Below are positions 19,684 to 29,344 of a stretch of DNA of 64,000 nucleotides, one piece after another. Position 1 is the first letter of the stretch. Every line of letters starts with the position of its first letter. Origin of the DNA: an uncultured candidatus Porisulfidus sp. GTDB taxonomy: Bacteria > Pseudomonadota > Gammaproteobacteria > Poriferisulfidales > Oxydemutatoraceae. Under the pieces are notes generated by a model. It had not been told where the DNA came from. It did not search any database and saw only the letters and a program-made list of their open reading frames with translations. The DNA is taken from the NCBI GenBank assembly GCA_965215125.1, contig OZ244052.1, positions 512,001 to 576,000 of the forward strand, given 5' to 3'. Position numbers and translations under genes: made by a program.

Positions 19684-21261
19684 TTAGCTGTCAAAAATTA
19701 TTCTGAAACCTAGATACGGTGCCTTGAACGAAGCAGGAAGAGGATTTTCAAAATCAATGCGGGCGGTTGCTTCTCCCGGCAGTATGTAATTACCGCCTTT
19801 GGCAATAATCGCAAAACCTTGTCCGGCGGTGCTTAGGCTTTGTGTCCATTCCGAAACATTGCCACCCATATTGATGACACCGGCAGCATTGATATCGCCG
19901 TTCTGCTCCAGAGCGGAGAGCGGTTTTATCAGTTGTCTCTCGGCAGTGGCCACATAGTCGGGATTAAAGGTGTTGCCCCAAGGATAAGAGTAGCTACCCA
20001 TTGAAGAGGCGGCAATCCATTCGAAATTATTCGGCAATCTTCCGCCTGCCCAATTTGCAAATGCATAAGCCGACCACCAATCTATATCGGTTGCCGGCAA
20101 GTCGTCGTTTTGATAATCGTCCAACCACGGCGGACTATAATCGTGTTCTTCGGGCTCCTTCTCGTTTGCATAAAGCCCGTAGCGCACCAAGGGATCGTTG
20201 ACGAAACGTCTGTATTGCGCTCGGGTCACCTCGTGGCGCAATATCCGAAAATCGTTATGGCGATGTTTTTTATCAACCAGTTTTCCAATGATATCGAGTT
20301 GTTTGCGGGATAACCCCGACCCCAATAGTCCCGGTATCTTAGCGTCGTCGGGGAGACCGATACGATACTGCCCTGCATCTACACGTACCGTTTGCGGATG
20401 TTTTTCGGTCCACGGTATTTTCTTCGGTTGCTCGTCGTAAACACATCTGAAACTCACATAAGGAGAACGATACTTCGCTTCCACGGTACGATAAAAATTG
20501 TTTAAGCTATAAATCTCGTAGGGTTTGTTATATGCGTTGCCACCGTGTATACTCGGCTTCGCTTCCGCGTCAATACCTTGCGCCCATTCGGATGCGACAT
20601 TACCCAGATTGTGTATACCCTGCGGTGTATCCATCTCCTTATGCAAACCGCAGCGTTGTGCGGCGTTGAGCCTAGGGTCCAAATACGGCCAACCCTCGGA
20701 GTTGAAGTCGTTCCCCCACGGATAAAGCCGACCTTCGGAACCGCTTGCAATCGCAATCCATTCCGTACGCGTCGGCAGTCGCCCACTGCTCGCTTGACAA
20801 TAAGCATACGCGTCGTAATAGCTAACTCCGTTTGCAGGCGCATCCAAACGGCCGCTAATTTTGTGGTCTCGGCTTATGCTCCTATAAGACCAATTTTCAG
20901 GTTGTTCGGGATGTGCTATATCGGTCGGGTTATAAAGTGCATACCATTTTTCAAAAGTATAGAAATCCTTTTGCCGTACTTCGCATTGATCCACCCATAA
21001 AGGAGGCAACTGCACATTGCGCTCGGATTCCTTGAATATCGGATCAAAAGAGCGGATGCGCCCGAAGGCATATAGATACTCGCTCAAAATTGCATCCAGT
21101 TGCGCACCGCGCGCTTGAGTGGTTTGATCATCTTGGGATATATCAACCTGCACCGTATCAAATTGATAAAAAGCGGTACGCAGTTTATATAAACTAAATA
21201 CCGATAGTGCAATGATTATTGCTGCTACGAGTAGACTCCCCAGTACAGAGGCCGGCTTCAT
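19684..21261 (-). CDS. Membrane-anchored protein with two FGE-sulfatase (SUMF1/EgtB/PvdO, C-type lectin fold) domains
   Basis: Twice: DA.AYC/FA....RLP...EW..A......YPWGN, GNV.EW, GFR; N-terminal TM. Confidence 0.85.
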   Translation of the reverse strand: MKPASVLGSLLVAAIIIALSVFSLYKLRTAFYQFDTVQVDISQDDQTTQARGAQLDAILSEYLYAFGRIRSFDPIFKESERNVQLPPLWVDQCEVRQKDFYTFEKWYALYNPTDIAHPEQPENWSYRSISRDHKISGRLDAPANGVSYYDAYAYCQASSGRLPTRTEWIAIASGSEGRLYPWGNDFNSEGWPYLDPRLNAAQRCGLHKEMDTPQGIHNLGNVASEWAQGIDAEAKPSIHGGNAYNKPYEIYSLNNFYRTVEAKYRSPYVSFRCVYDEQPKKIPWTEKHPQTVRVDAGQYRIGLPDDAKIPGLLGSGLSRKQLDIIGKLVDKKHRHNDFRILRHEVTRAQYRRFVNDPLVRYGLYANEKEPEEHDYSPPWLDDYQNDDLPATDIDWWSAYAFANWAGGRLPNNFEWIAASSMGSYSYPWGNTFNPDYVATAERQLIKPLSALEQNGDINAAGVINMGGNVSEWTQSLSTAGQGFAIIAKGGNYILPGEATARIDFENPLPASFKAPYLGFRIIFDS

Positions 21262-21422
21262 AGCCTTTTTTTGCCTCCTTTACCTAGGAGCTTACCGCCT
21301 TTCAGACCGCCGCCTCTCATTAGACCGCCGCCTCTCATCAGACCACCGCCCATCAATCCACCACCACCGGATCTGCCTAGGAACCTAGATAGCAAACGAA
21401 ATAACATAAACATTCCTCTCAT
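21258..21422 (-). CDS. 54-aa cationic glycine-rich peptide
   Basis: GGAGG RBS; MRGMFMLFRLLSRFLGRSGGGGLMGGGLMRGGGLMRGGGLKGGKLLGKGGKKRL*; TGA overlaps the next ATG (ATGA). Confidence 0.7.
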   Translation of the reverse strand: MRGMFMLFRLLSRFLGRSGGGGLMGGGLMRGGGLMRGGGLKGGKLLGKGGKKRL

Positions 21423-21532
21423 AATTTTTCCTCCGTGCTTTTATCGTAAATCCATTATAAACAGATTGGCAGTAAAATGGTGACTACGCAAACAACCACC
21501 CTGTCAGGCGCGCCTGCCAATCCACTGCCCAT

Positions 21533-23269
21533 CTATGCGGTAGTTCCGATGAATCTGCGCAACACGCCGAACAGTAGCAACAACGCAGCAAAACCGTAGA
21601 ATAGGAGTGCTTCGTTTTCCTTTCTATAGGGAACGCTGGGATAATGCGTCATCACCTGCGTTTGGGCAACGGTTACACTGTTTTGATCAGCCGCAAACCG
21701 CAAACTACCGTCTCGATTGATCGCCGCATAAACGAAAGCCAGCAGATAATCGTCCCTTTGCGGTGATACGATAGTTGCAATACGCCACTGATATTGATCG
21801 GGATCGGCTTGTTTGCGAGGCAATAAAATAATACTGTCCTTATCTAGGTTTATTTTTAACCCTTTATAAATCGCCGGATAAAGTCCCACATGCATTCTAA
21901 CGACGGCATCCCCGGGTAAGTCGGGAAAAGGCATTTGTTGCGAATTATTCAACAGCAAAGCATTCTCCAGCAGTTGGTTCGGATGCACCGCCAATGCCGT
22001 CACATCGTTATCCTCGGTTTGCTGCTCCACATACAAAGGATTTTTATCGTCACCGGATGTCGGGAACATCACGCTTTTAAGATACTCGTAGAAGTTGATC
22101 TCTTCGTCGCTCAATGTCGGCATCATTGCCGCAGGTAGCAATATGTCGTCTGCAAACTTGAAATTTTGCAACATCAAATAATTTCCTTCGCCGACAGAAC
22201 GTTGTGCTTTTTCCATAAATTGAAAAAGTGCCGCTAAAATGTTTGCGTATTCTAGTTCCTCGCCGTTCTCGTCGCCCTCCGACATATTGAGATATACATA
22301 CTCCTGTTCTTTCTCCGAAGACGACTTTGCCGAAGACGGCGTTGCAGTTCTAAACCGCATGACACTCGGGAAATTACTACTTTGGTTCCCTCGCCCTAAG
22401 CTCTCCGCCATCATCTTTGATAAAGCATCAAACATCTCATCGGCAGGTTCGTCCGATCCGCCCCCACTATACTCTTCGCTTTGAGAGTCGGCATTCTCGG
22501 CATCGTAAGCGAGATCGTCAAAGGGATAATTTTCATCGCTGGTCACCGCACCAAGCGAAATATCGGCAGGCATATCTTCCCATATATTCTCATTATTGCC
22601 TCCCTCGCCTTCGTTTTCTCTAAACTGCTCGGAGTTACCCGGTTGTTCCGAGTCATCTTCGCTTGTTTCATCGGATTCGGCAATTACTTCTCCCGCACCG
22701 GGTTCGCTTTTGTTGTCATCCTCTACAGGATTGCCGTCATAACCGATGAAGTGCCAATGGCGAGGCATCGGCCCGTAATCTCCGATGATAGACATAGTCA
22801 AATAAAACGTACGGATATCGTAAATATCTATGCGTATATAACTTCTTTGTATAGGATTCATCTTTGCCAAAAATTTATCAAACGCATTATCGGGTTGCAA
22901 TAACTCATCGCGGCTGAATCTCTGCTTTGTGTAATAATCCTGTATATAATCGGAGTGCAGTTCGATAATCGGCATAATAGAAGGATGCGGATTGGCATCC
23001 ATAGGACTGTTGACATAATCGTGTAGCCTAGCCGGCTTAGAGGTCGGCAGACCGTTCATCACCACCGAGGTTGCTAAATCGCGGCTGAGCAATACCGATA
23101 TATCTTCTACTTCGCTGATACGCGCCTCTTCTTGTTCGTGCTCGATCATCATCGTAAGCACGATCAAAATGATAATCATCGCAACGCTGTTTGCCAGAAT
23201 GTCCGCTAACGCGATGCCGGCAAAGCCGGGAAGTAGGCTTCCTTTTCGTGATTGCGCCGCCGTTGCCAT
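21533..23269 (-). CDS. Hypothetical membrane protein with MotB/ExbD-like N-terminal TM (LAD), acidic linker and C-terminal TM
   Basis: ALADILANSVAMIIILIVLTM; long D/E-rich segment; operonic spacing. Confidence 0.6.
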   Translation of the reverse strand: MATAAQSRKGSLLPGFAGIALADILANSVAMIIILIVLTMMIEHEQEEARISEVEDISVLLSRDLATSVVMNGLPTSKPARLHDYVNSPMDANPHPSIMPIIELHSDYIQDYYTKQRFSRDELLQPDNAFDKFLAKMNPIQRSYIRIDIYDIRTFYLTMSIIGDYGPMPRHWHFIGYDGNPVEDDNKSEPGAGEVIAESDETSEDDSEQPGNSEQFRENEGEGGNNENIWEDMPADISLGAVTSDENYPFDDLAYDAENADSQSEEYSGGGSDEPADEMFDALSKMMAESLGRGNQSSNFPSVMRFRTATPSSAKSSSEKEQEYVYLNMSEGDENGEELEYANILAALFQFMEKAQRSVGEGNYLMLQNFKFADDILLPAAMMPTLSDEEINFYEYLKSVMFPTSGDDKNPLYVEQQTEDNDVTALAVHPNQLLENALLLNNSQQMPFPDLPGDAVVRMHVGLYPAIYKGLKINLDKDSIILLPRKQADPDQYQWRIATIVSPQRDDYLLAFVYAAINRDGSLRFAADQNSVTVAQTQVMTHYPSVPYRKENEALLFYGFAALLLLFGVLRRFIGTTA

Positions 23270-23273
23270 CGCT

Positions 23274-23798
23274 TTACTGCCTCTTGATAACGCGGTCTAT
23301 ATAAGGCGGGATATCGTCGAGCGAGACCGACTTCAATAATTCGCGATCGGCGATAATCCAACCTATAGTCAATTTGTCCCGTATCGTAGGCATTGTCAGA
23401 CGCATACATTCTCGGGCTATTGCCATCGTTCTAACACTGCCTTCCATGATAATAAAGATGAGTTGCTGTTTGGGCTTACCGTAAATCTTTCTGGCGTAGC
23501 TCGCAAAAGGACTATTGGGCGCGCAAATCTGGTCTTGTTTTAAGACATCGCCACTTTCCACAATGCGCAATTCATCGGGAAAAGTCAGTATGGAATAACC
23601 GGTGCCCTGCACACCCCAACTCACTTTGTAATCCCCTTCGGTGTTTATCCCCTCCAAACGTTCCTGTAACGAAAGCTGAGAAAAAGTGTTTATCAGTATA
23701 AACAAAACCAAAAGCAGAGCAAAAACACCGCCGAAAATCTCAACCATCGGCGCGTTGTTTTTCTCTTGATCCTTGAGGCTATCATGACGACGCATCAT
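23274..23798 (-). CDS. ExbD/TolR/MotB-like bitopic protein
   Basis: APMVEIFGGVFALLLVLFILI TM with an acidic residue, small periplasmic domain; directly after the MotA/ExbB-like gene. Confidence 0.55.
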   Translation of the reverse strand: MMRRHDSLKDQEKNNAPMVEIFGGVFALLLVLFILINTFSQLSLQERLEGINTEGDYKVSWGVQGTGYSILTFPDELRIVESGDVLKQDQICAPNSPFASYARKIYGKPKQQLIFIIMEGSVRTMAIARECMRLTMPTIRDKLTIGWIIADRELLKSVSLDDIPPYIDRVIKRQ

Positions 23799-23804
23799 TT
23801 CATC

Positions 23805-24845
23805 TTAAGGTCTAACAGCGAGTATCCGGTTTTCGTAGTTCGTTAGCAGATTGTTCTCCCATCGCTGTATGATGGTTTGTAACAAAGTCAACACGATGCT
23901 CAAAGACAAAGCAATCAATGTTGTATCAAAAGCAATTCCCAACGGGGCTATCGCATCGCCCAACTGATTGGAAAGATTGGCTAAGCCTTGCTGCTCGCCG
24001 ATAATCTTTTGTATACCGTCGGATGCAAGCGAGATACCGTAGACGGTACCTATAAAACCCAAAATAGGAATAGACCAATTGAAATAACGAGGCAAAATAT
24101 AGAAATCCGCCGACTTTTTCCAGATCAAATCAATATAGGTATCCTTCGTTACGGAGTTTCGATCGTCCAGCAAGCGATGGTAAGTGCGCATCAACAACGA
24201 GCGGTCGGGCTTGTTGATCAGCCGCTGCTCGTTCCATAGCGTATAGCTCTTGCTTAGCAACAGGATCAGACCCCAGCAGAACAGTAGAATAGTGAGCGGC
24301 GGTATAAACCCGCGAGCCAAAAACTTATTCGTCACTACTATCAGATCCGGATAACGAACCGCAGTGTTATAAATCATCAGCAGTATCGTCGTAGATAAAA
24401 TAATCGCAACCGCCAATGTCAGTACTAAGGGAGGACCCGAGAGTATCGACTCAAGTTTGCGCACCAAATCCTGCTGATATTCCGAGGAGGTGTTATGGTT
24501 GAGTAGTATATAAAATATATACAACGCAATGACCGAACTCAATAACGGCAGAGACTTCTCGGGCGTATAACCGTCGGATAGCAAAACCTGATTATTGAGC
24601 AACGGGATGAATACCTGATAAGTAACGATTAGGCTAATGGCAATCAAAGACAATAATATTAAAAAGCTCAACACCTTGAGCATAGTCTGTTTCTTTAACA
24701 TCAGTCCGGCAACCGACAATAAAGCAATCGCTAGACCTACTCCCAAACCGCCATTCGCAGAATAGCCTATGTTAATGCCCAAACTGATAAACGCGGCGGG
24801 GAATAGTACAAACGATGTGATAATAATAATAATTTGGTTCAACAT
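23805..24845 (-). CDS. MotA/TolQ/ExbB proton-channel family protein with extra N-terminal TMs
   Basis: IPILGFIGTVYGI and LGIAFDTTLIAL channel helices. Confidence 0.85.
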   Translation of the reverse strand: MLNQIIIIITSFVLFPAAFISLGINIGYSANGGLGVGLAIALLSVAGLMLKKQTMLKVLSFLILLSLIAISLIVTYQVFIPLLNNQVLLSDGYTPEKSLPLLSSVIALYIFYILLNHNTSSEYQQDLVRKLESILSGPPLVLTLAVAIILSTTILLMIYNTAVRYPDLIVVTNKFLARGFIPPLTILLFCWGLILLLSKSYTLWNEQRLINKPDRSLLMRTYHRLLDDRNSVTKDTYIDLIWKKSADFYILPRYFNWSIPILGFIGTVYGISLASDGIQKIIGEQQGLANLSNQLGDAIAPLGIAFDTTLIALSLSIVLTLLQTIIQRWENNLLTNYENRILAVRP

Positions 24846-24922
24846 AACAATACAACTATTTTATATAAAGTTTCAGGTGGGAAATTAAATTATAATACAT
24901 TCTATGGCTATCGGTGTGCGTT

Positions 24923-25516
24923 ATGATAAAAATTATTCCCTTAAAAAATTTAAGTAATCATTTTATTAAAGGATATGCTTTGTATCCGCCTTTCCCTACG
25001 GATACCCGAACGGCAATTTTCGCACTCGGGTGCTTTTGGGGCGCGGAGCGTTGCTTCTGGCAACAACCGGAAGTTTATCTAACCGCAGTGGGCTATGCCG
25101 GCGGAGCGACTGCCAACCCCGACTATCGAGCGGTTTGTAGCGGTAACACCGGGCATACCGAAAGCGTGCTGGTCGTGTATCACGACAATCAAAACACCGA
25201 TACGCATAGTGTCTACGAAAAACTGCTCAAGATTTTCTGGGAGACTCATGACCCGACCCAAGGCATGCGACAAGGCAACGACATCGGCAGCCAATACCGC
25301 TCCGCGATATTTTGCTTCGACGACTCCCAATACCAACTAACACTAAAAACACGCGAAACCTATCAAGCCCGTCTAAACCGATCGGGCTACGGACAGATTA
25401 CAACCGAAATCATTCGCACCGCAGATTTTTACTACGCAGAAGATTACCACCAGCAATATCTTGCCAAAAACCCCGGCGGCTATTGCGGCTTAGGCGGCAC
25501 CGGCGTTCGCTTGTAA
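24923..25516 (+). CDS. msrA: Peptide-methionine (S)-S-oxide reductase
   Basis: [33 protein letters not shown]. Confidence 0.96.
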   Translation: MIKIIPLKNLSNHFIKGYALYPPFPTDTRTAIFALGCFWGAERCFWQQPEVYLTAVGYAGGATANPDYRAVCSGNTGHTESVLVVYHDNQNTDTHSVYEKLLKIFWETHDPTQGMRQGNDIGSQYRSAIFCFDDSQYQLTLKTRETYQARLNRSGYGQITTEIIRTADFYYAEDYHQQYLAKNPGGYCGLGGTGVRL

Positions 25517-25536
25517 ATTGAGTCTTTCACAAAGCA

Positions 25537-26595
25537 TTAGCGGCAGCGAACGCTATATCTAAGGTAGTGATATGTAGTATGCGCACAAGGTGGAGTAACT
25601 ACTCGTAGCTTCATTCGCCGATGTTTGTATAGCACCCACGGAATCTGGTCTATTGCCAGAATGTGAGGGGCAAGGGCCGAGTACTTCCATTTCATTGCAG
25701 ATGCTTGATTTACTAAATAAGCTGTAGCCGAGTAAGGCTCATATATCGGTTCGGCGATACGATGATGCTCGTTTATTGGTTCCAAACTAGTTTTTCGAGG
25801 TGCCGCACCGAGCTGAATCAAACTATGAAGTGCTAGAAATCCGTGCAGTCTTTCATACGCCTTCCTAAAATATCTACTTTCAGTCCAAGGTAAAAAGAGT
25901 CTATTTGAAATGATTGTTTTTATAATCTCCTCTTGTTTTATTTCATACTCTTCAAGAATTTGCTCGATTCTTTGCGACTGCCTAGGGTATAAATCGGAGT
26001 CAATACTATAATGCTCTAATAGTTTTTTTATTTGGTGAACTCTTTTTTGACGTTTCAATGATAATAAAGATCTAATAGCTATTTTTAAGAATGATGAATA
26101 ATTGAACTGAGGCGTTTTCACTACTAATCCTGCCAAATATGACCAGTTGGTAGGTTGGCTAACAAGTAGCAATACATCCCATTCCAGTTTAGGGGCGATT
26201 CTAAGAACCTCGGGGAAAGTTGGCAACAAGGTAGCATCGTCTTCTAGTATGCATGCCCACTCAATACCATTTTTGACCATCAAGTCATAAATTTTGATAT
26301 GGCTTAATAAGATAGCAATTTGACCTAGGTTGGCATTTTTCCAGTTTTTGCCTTTCTCGGTTTTCGCATGATTAACGATCGCAGCATATTTGTTTTCTAA
26401 AAGCGATTCATCAATGCCTAATGATTGCGCAATCCGCATGCGATATGCTTTTGATTCCAGTTCATGTTTATCAATGTCGTCTACCTCTACAAACTGATAC
26501 TCCAAACCGAAAGGATCTAATTGTCTTTGTATATGTAACCTACGCTCGGGGTTACGCTTTAGATTAATAACATAGATAGGAGAAAAGGTTGCCAT
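25537..26595 (-). CDS. Glycosyltransferase family 25 (LPS biosynthesis type)
   Basis: YVINL.R..ERR, G.I...LSH, ILEDD, AYLVN..A. Confidence 0.85.
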   Translation of the reverse strand: MATFSPIYVINLKRNPERRLHIQRQLDPFGLEYQFVEVDDIDKHELESKAYRMRIAQSLGIDESLLENKYAAIVNHAKTEKGKNWKNANLGQIAILLSHIKIYDLMVKNGIEWACILEDDATLLPTFPEVLRIAPKLEWDVLLLVSQPTNWSYLAGLVVKTPQFNYSSFLKIAIRSLLSLKRQKRVHQIKKLLEHYSIDSDLYPRQSQRIEQILEEYEIKQEEIIKTIISNRLFLPWTESRYFRKAYERLHGFLALHSLIQLGAAPRKTSLEPINEHHRIAEPIYEPYSATAYLVNQASAMKWKYSALAPHILAIDQIPWVLYKHRRMKLRVVTPPCAHTTYHYLRYSVRCR

Positions 26596-26668
26596 TATGG
26601 TTGTTTGAAATTAGAATTCGCTTCGTATTATAAAGTATCTCCGACAGTAAGTGCTATTGCAAGGCGAC

Positions 26669-26714
26669 ATTCCCCTCCTATGGAGGGGTGGCAGGCGTAG
26701 CCTGACGAGGTGGT
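26669..26714 (-). repeat. REP-like family A copy
   Basis: ATTCCCCTCC..GGAGGGGTGGCAGGC..GCCTGACG.GGTGGT. Confidence 0.85.
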
Positions 26715-26730
26715 TGTGGCGTGTCCACAC

Positions 26731-26796
26731 TTTTACTCAATCTAATGAGTATTTTTACTCAATGCATTGAGTATTTTTACTCAATCTAATGAGTAT
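26731..26796. promoter_or_regulatory. Three tandem 22-bp palindromic operator-like repeats (TACTCA-N6-TGAGTA)
   Basis: TTTTACTCAATCTAATGAGTAT / TTTTACTCAATGCATTGAGTAT / TTTTACTCAATCTAATGAGTAT, 28 bp before the ATPase ATG. Confidence 0.75.
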
Positions 26797-26824
26797 TTTC
26801 ATATTTCTGTGCTATGCTTAGCTT

Positions 26825-28012
26825 ATGGAAGGATTAAAACATAAAAGACCCCAATTTAAGACCTTAAAAAACCGCCTCAGAGAGCCTAGGCGATTTATAC
26901 AGTGTCTTTTAGGTCCTAGACAAATAGGAAAAACTACACTCATCCGACAAATCCTAAAGACCTTCTCTTCTAAAAGTTCCCTTTATTTCAGTGCCGACGA
27001 CCCCGCCATGCAAAGCCACGAGTGGATTCGTCAAAAATGGCTGGAAGCTAGGCTTTTAGAAAAGCAACATAAAAAAGATATATTACTCGTCTTTGACGAG
27101 ATCCAAAAAATCGCTTCGTGGTCGGATGTAGTGAAATCTCTCTGGGACGAGGACACACGAACACGAACGAAAATCAAAGTTGCCATCTTAGGTTCATCTC
27201 CCCTGCTATTACAAAAAGGTCTCACCGAAAGCCTTGCCGGACGCTTTGAGGTTTTAAGGCTGGGGCATTGGTCTTTTGCCGAAATGAAAAAAGCCTTCGG
27301 CTTCGGTATCGACGAATACATCTATTACGGAGCCTACCCGGGTGCTGCAGCCCTGATTCACGACGAAACACGATGGCGAGACTATATCGTCAACGCCTTG
27401 GCCGAAACCGTTTTATCAAAAGATATCCTATTACATCATCAAATCAATAAGCCTGCCTTATTGAGACAACTCTACGCCCTCGCCACTCAATACTCGGGAC
27501 AAATTCTCTCTTTTCAAAAAATGCTGGGACAGCTTCACGACGCAGGAAATACCACAACCCTCGCACACTACTTGGAACTACTCTCTGTGGCCGGTCTCGT
27601 CTCGGGACTTCAAAAATTCTCTTCCAACACACTGAGAAAAAGACTCTCAAGCCCCAAACTTCAAGTCCAAAATACTGCCCTTATAACAAGCTCGCTGGGA
27701 GAAAGTTTTAGCAATATAAAAGAAACCACATACTGGGGACGGATAGTAGAGTCTTGCGTGGGGGCTTACCTCTGGAACCTATGCTTTGAGGAAGGCGGGG
27801 AACTTTATTATTGGAACGAGCAAGCCAAAGAAGTGGACTTCGTCCTAAAGAAAAACAACAAAATAACCGCAATCGAAGTGAAAAGCGGACACAAAACCGG
27901 ACACCTCAAAAGTTTAGAAACCTTTCGCAAAAAACACAAACCCAATGAGACACTCGTCGTAGGCGGAGAGGGAATCCCGCTTGCAGATTTTCTGAACGGG
28001 AGAGCATTTTAG
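26825..28012 (+). CDS. AAA_14 ATPase with DUF4143/PD-(D/E)xK-like C-terminus
   Basis: GPRQIGKT, LVFDEIQ, ESLAGR, EVDFV...AIEVK. Confidence 0.9.
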   Translation: MEGLKHKRPQFKTLKNRLREPRRFIQCLLGPRQIGKTTLIRQILKTFSSKSSLYFSADDPAMQSHEWIRQKWLEARLLEKQHKKDILLVFDEIQKIASWSDVVKSLWDEDTRTRTKIKVAILGSSPLLLQKGLTESLAGRFEVLRLGHWSFAEMKKAFGFGIDEYIYYGAYPGAAALIHDETRWRDYIVNALAETVLSKDILLHHQINKPALLRQLYALATQYSGQILSFQKMLGQLHDAGNTTTLAHYLELLSVAGLVSGLQKFSSNTLRKRLSSPKLQVQNTALITSSLGESFSNIKETTYWGRIVESCVGAYLWNLCFEEGGELYYWNEQAKEVDFVLKKNNKITAIEVKSGHKTGHLKSLETFRKKHKPNETLVVGGEGIPLADFLNGRAF

Positions 28013-28020
28013 CCTTTTCA

Positions 28021-28180
28021 CGGGGTGGTTAATTCCCCTCCTGGGGAGGGAAATGTACCGGCACTATATTTGTGCGGATATGAGACGACCACCCTAAGGG
28101 CGGGCATCACTGAATCGCCGATTGACCTATCGGGCAGACATGCGAGTCTGCCCCTACAAGCTCAATCGGTGGCTCTGTTC
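28021..28180. repeat. Composite REP cluster including GTAG-type hairpin (28132-28157)
   Basis: GGGCAGACATGCGAGTCTGCCC-CTACAAG nested in a CGCCGATT...AATCGG module. Confidence 0.75.
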
Positions 28181-28225
28181 TGCACCTACAAAGAGAGGAA
28201 TGTACACCCAACGCTAATGGCTGTT

Positions 28226-29200
28226 TTATAACCCTGCTTGTATTAGGTCGTGCATGTTGATAGCCCCGACGAGTTTGGTGTTTCGGTCAAAGACCGGCAG
28301 CGCATTGACTTTCCTTGCCTGCATCAGTTGCAGGGCTTCTATTGCCAGGGTGTCCAGTTTGACCGATTGGTAGGGATGGGTCATGAGTTGGTCTATGGGG
28401 GTTTTCAAAAGTTCGGTGTTGCGGTTTAGTGTGCGCCTTAAATCGCCGTCGGTGAAAACACCGACTACTTGATCCGCCTCACCGATGACGAGTGTCATAC
28501 CCATACCTTTAGCCGATATTTCGTATAAGGCATCCACCAACAATGTTGACGAAGCTACTTTAGGGACGGCATCGCCGGTGCGGACTAGGTCGCCGACTTT
28601 GAGCAGTAACTTTCTACCCAAATGACCGCCCGGATGTGCGCGGGCAAAATCTTGGGTGGTAAAGCCTTTATTCTGCAATAGTGCTATTGCAAGCGCATCA
28701 CCCATCGCAAGTGCGGCAGCGGTGCTTGCGGTAGGTGCCAAACCCAACGGACACGCCTCTTGCTCTACGCGGGTATTCAAACAAACATCAACGGCGCGTC
28801 CCAATGTAGAGTCCGGTGTACCGGTCAGTGCGATCGTTTTGATTGCGATGTGCTTAAACGAAGGTAGCAAACTATTGATCTCTTCGGTCTCCCCCGAATA
28901 GGAAATGATGACGGCAACATCTTGGCTATCGATCATACCCAAGTCGCCGTGACTTGCTTCGGCAGGATGCAGATAAAATGCTTTGCTGCCGGTGCTTGAT
29001 AAGGTGGAGCTGATTTTGTTTGCGATATGGCCGGATTTGCCGATGCCGATTAAGATAATGCGTCCGCGACATTCTATTAGGCAGCGACACGCAGCGACAA
29101 ACTTTTGGTCGATTTGTGAACGAAGTTTTTGTATTGCGCCCGCCTCTATATCCAATACCTCTAAGGCAAGTTGTTTAATTTTATCCGAGTTGAGTTTCAT
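28226..29200 (-). CDS. kdsD: Arabinose-5-phosphate isomerase (KpsF/GutQ, SIS + CBS)
   Basis: GKSGHIA.KI, EASHGDLG, EACPLGLAPTAST, HPGG.LG, CBS pair. Confidence 0.95.
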   Translation of the reverse strand: MKLNSDKIKQLALEVLDIEAGAIQKLRSQIDQKFVAACRCLIECRGRIILIGIGKSGHIANKISSTLSSTGSKAFYLHPAEASHGDLGMIDSQDVAVIISYSGETEEINSLLPSFKHIAIKTIALTGTPDSTLGRAVDVCLNTRVEQEACPLGLAPTASTAAALAMGDALAIALLQNKGFTTQDFARAHPGGHLGRKLLLKVGDLVRTGDAVPKVASSTLLVDALYEISAKGMGMTLVIGEADQVVGVFTDGDLRRTLNRNTELLKTPIDQLMTHPYQSVKLDTLAIEALQLMQARKVNALPVFDRNTKLVGAINMHDLIQAGL

Positions 29201-29344
29201 TCGATTTGCCCACCTTGTTGATGGATTTTATCATATCGAGGTAGATGTAGGTTTTTGAAAGAATACTGTTTGCAAGGATAATGTGTTTACCCACCAAATT
29301 TATTTTAACTACCGTAGGGGAATGTGCTTGTGCAAATACGCGGC

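Noticed and set aside
19684-21261. DGR target (C-type lectin/FGE fold)
   Set aside because: No reverse transcriptase and no adenine-variant template repeat seen in the window
21271-21483. 70-aa Pro-rich ORF on + strand
   Set aside because: Antisense shadow of the Gly-rich peptide, which has the RBS and operon coupling
21533-24845. Zorya (ZorAB) defence system
   Set aside because: No long ZorA tail, no OmpA-like ZorB domain, and no ZorC/D/E
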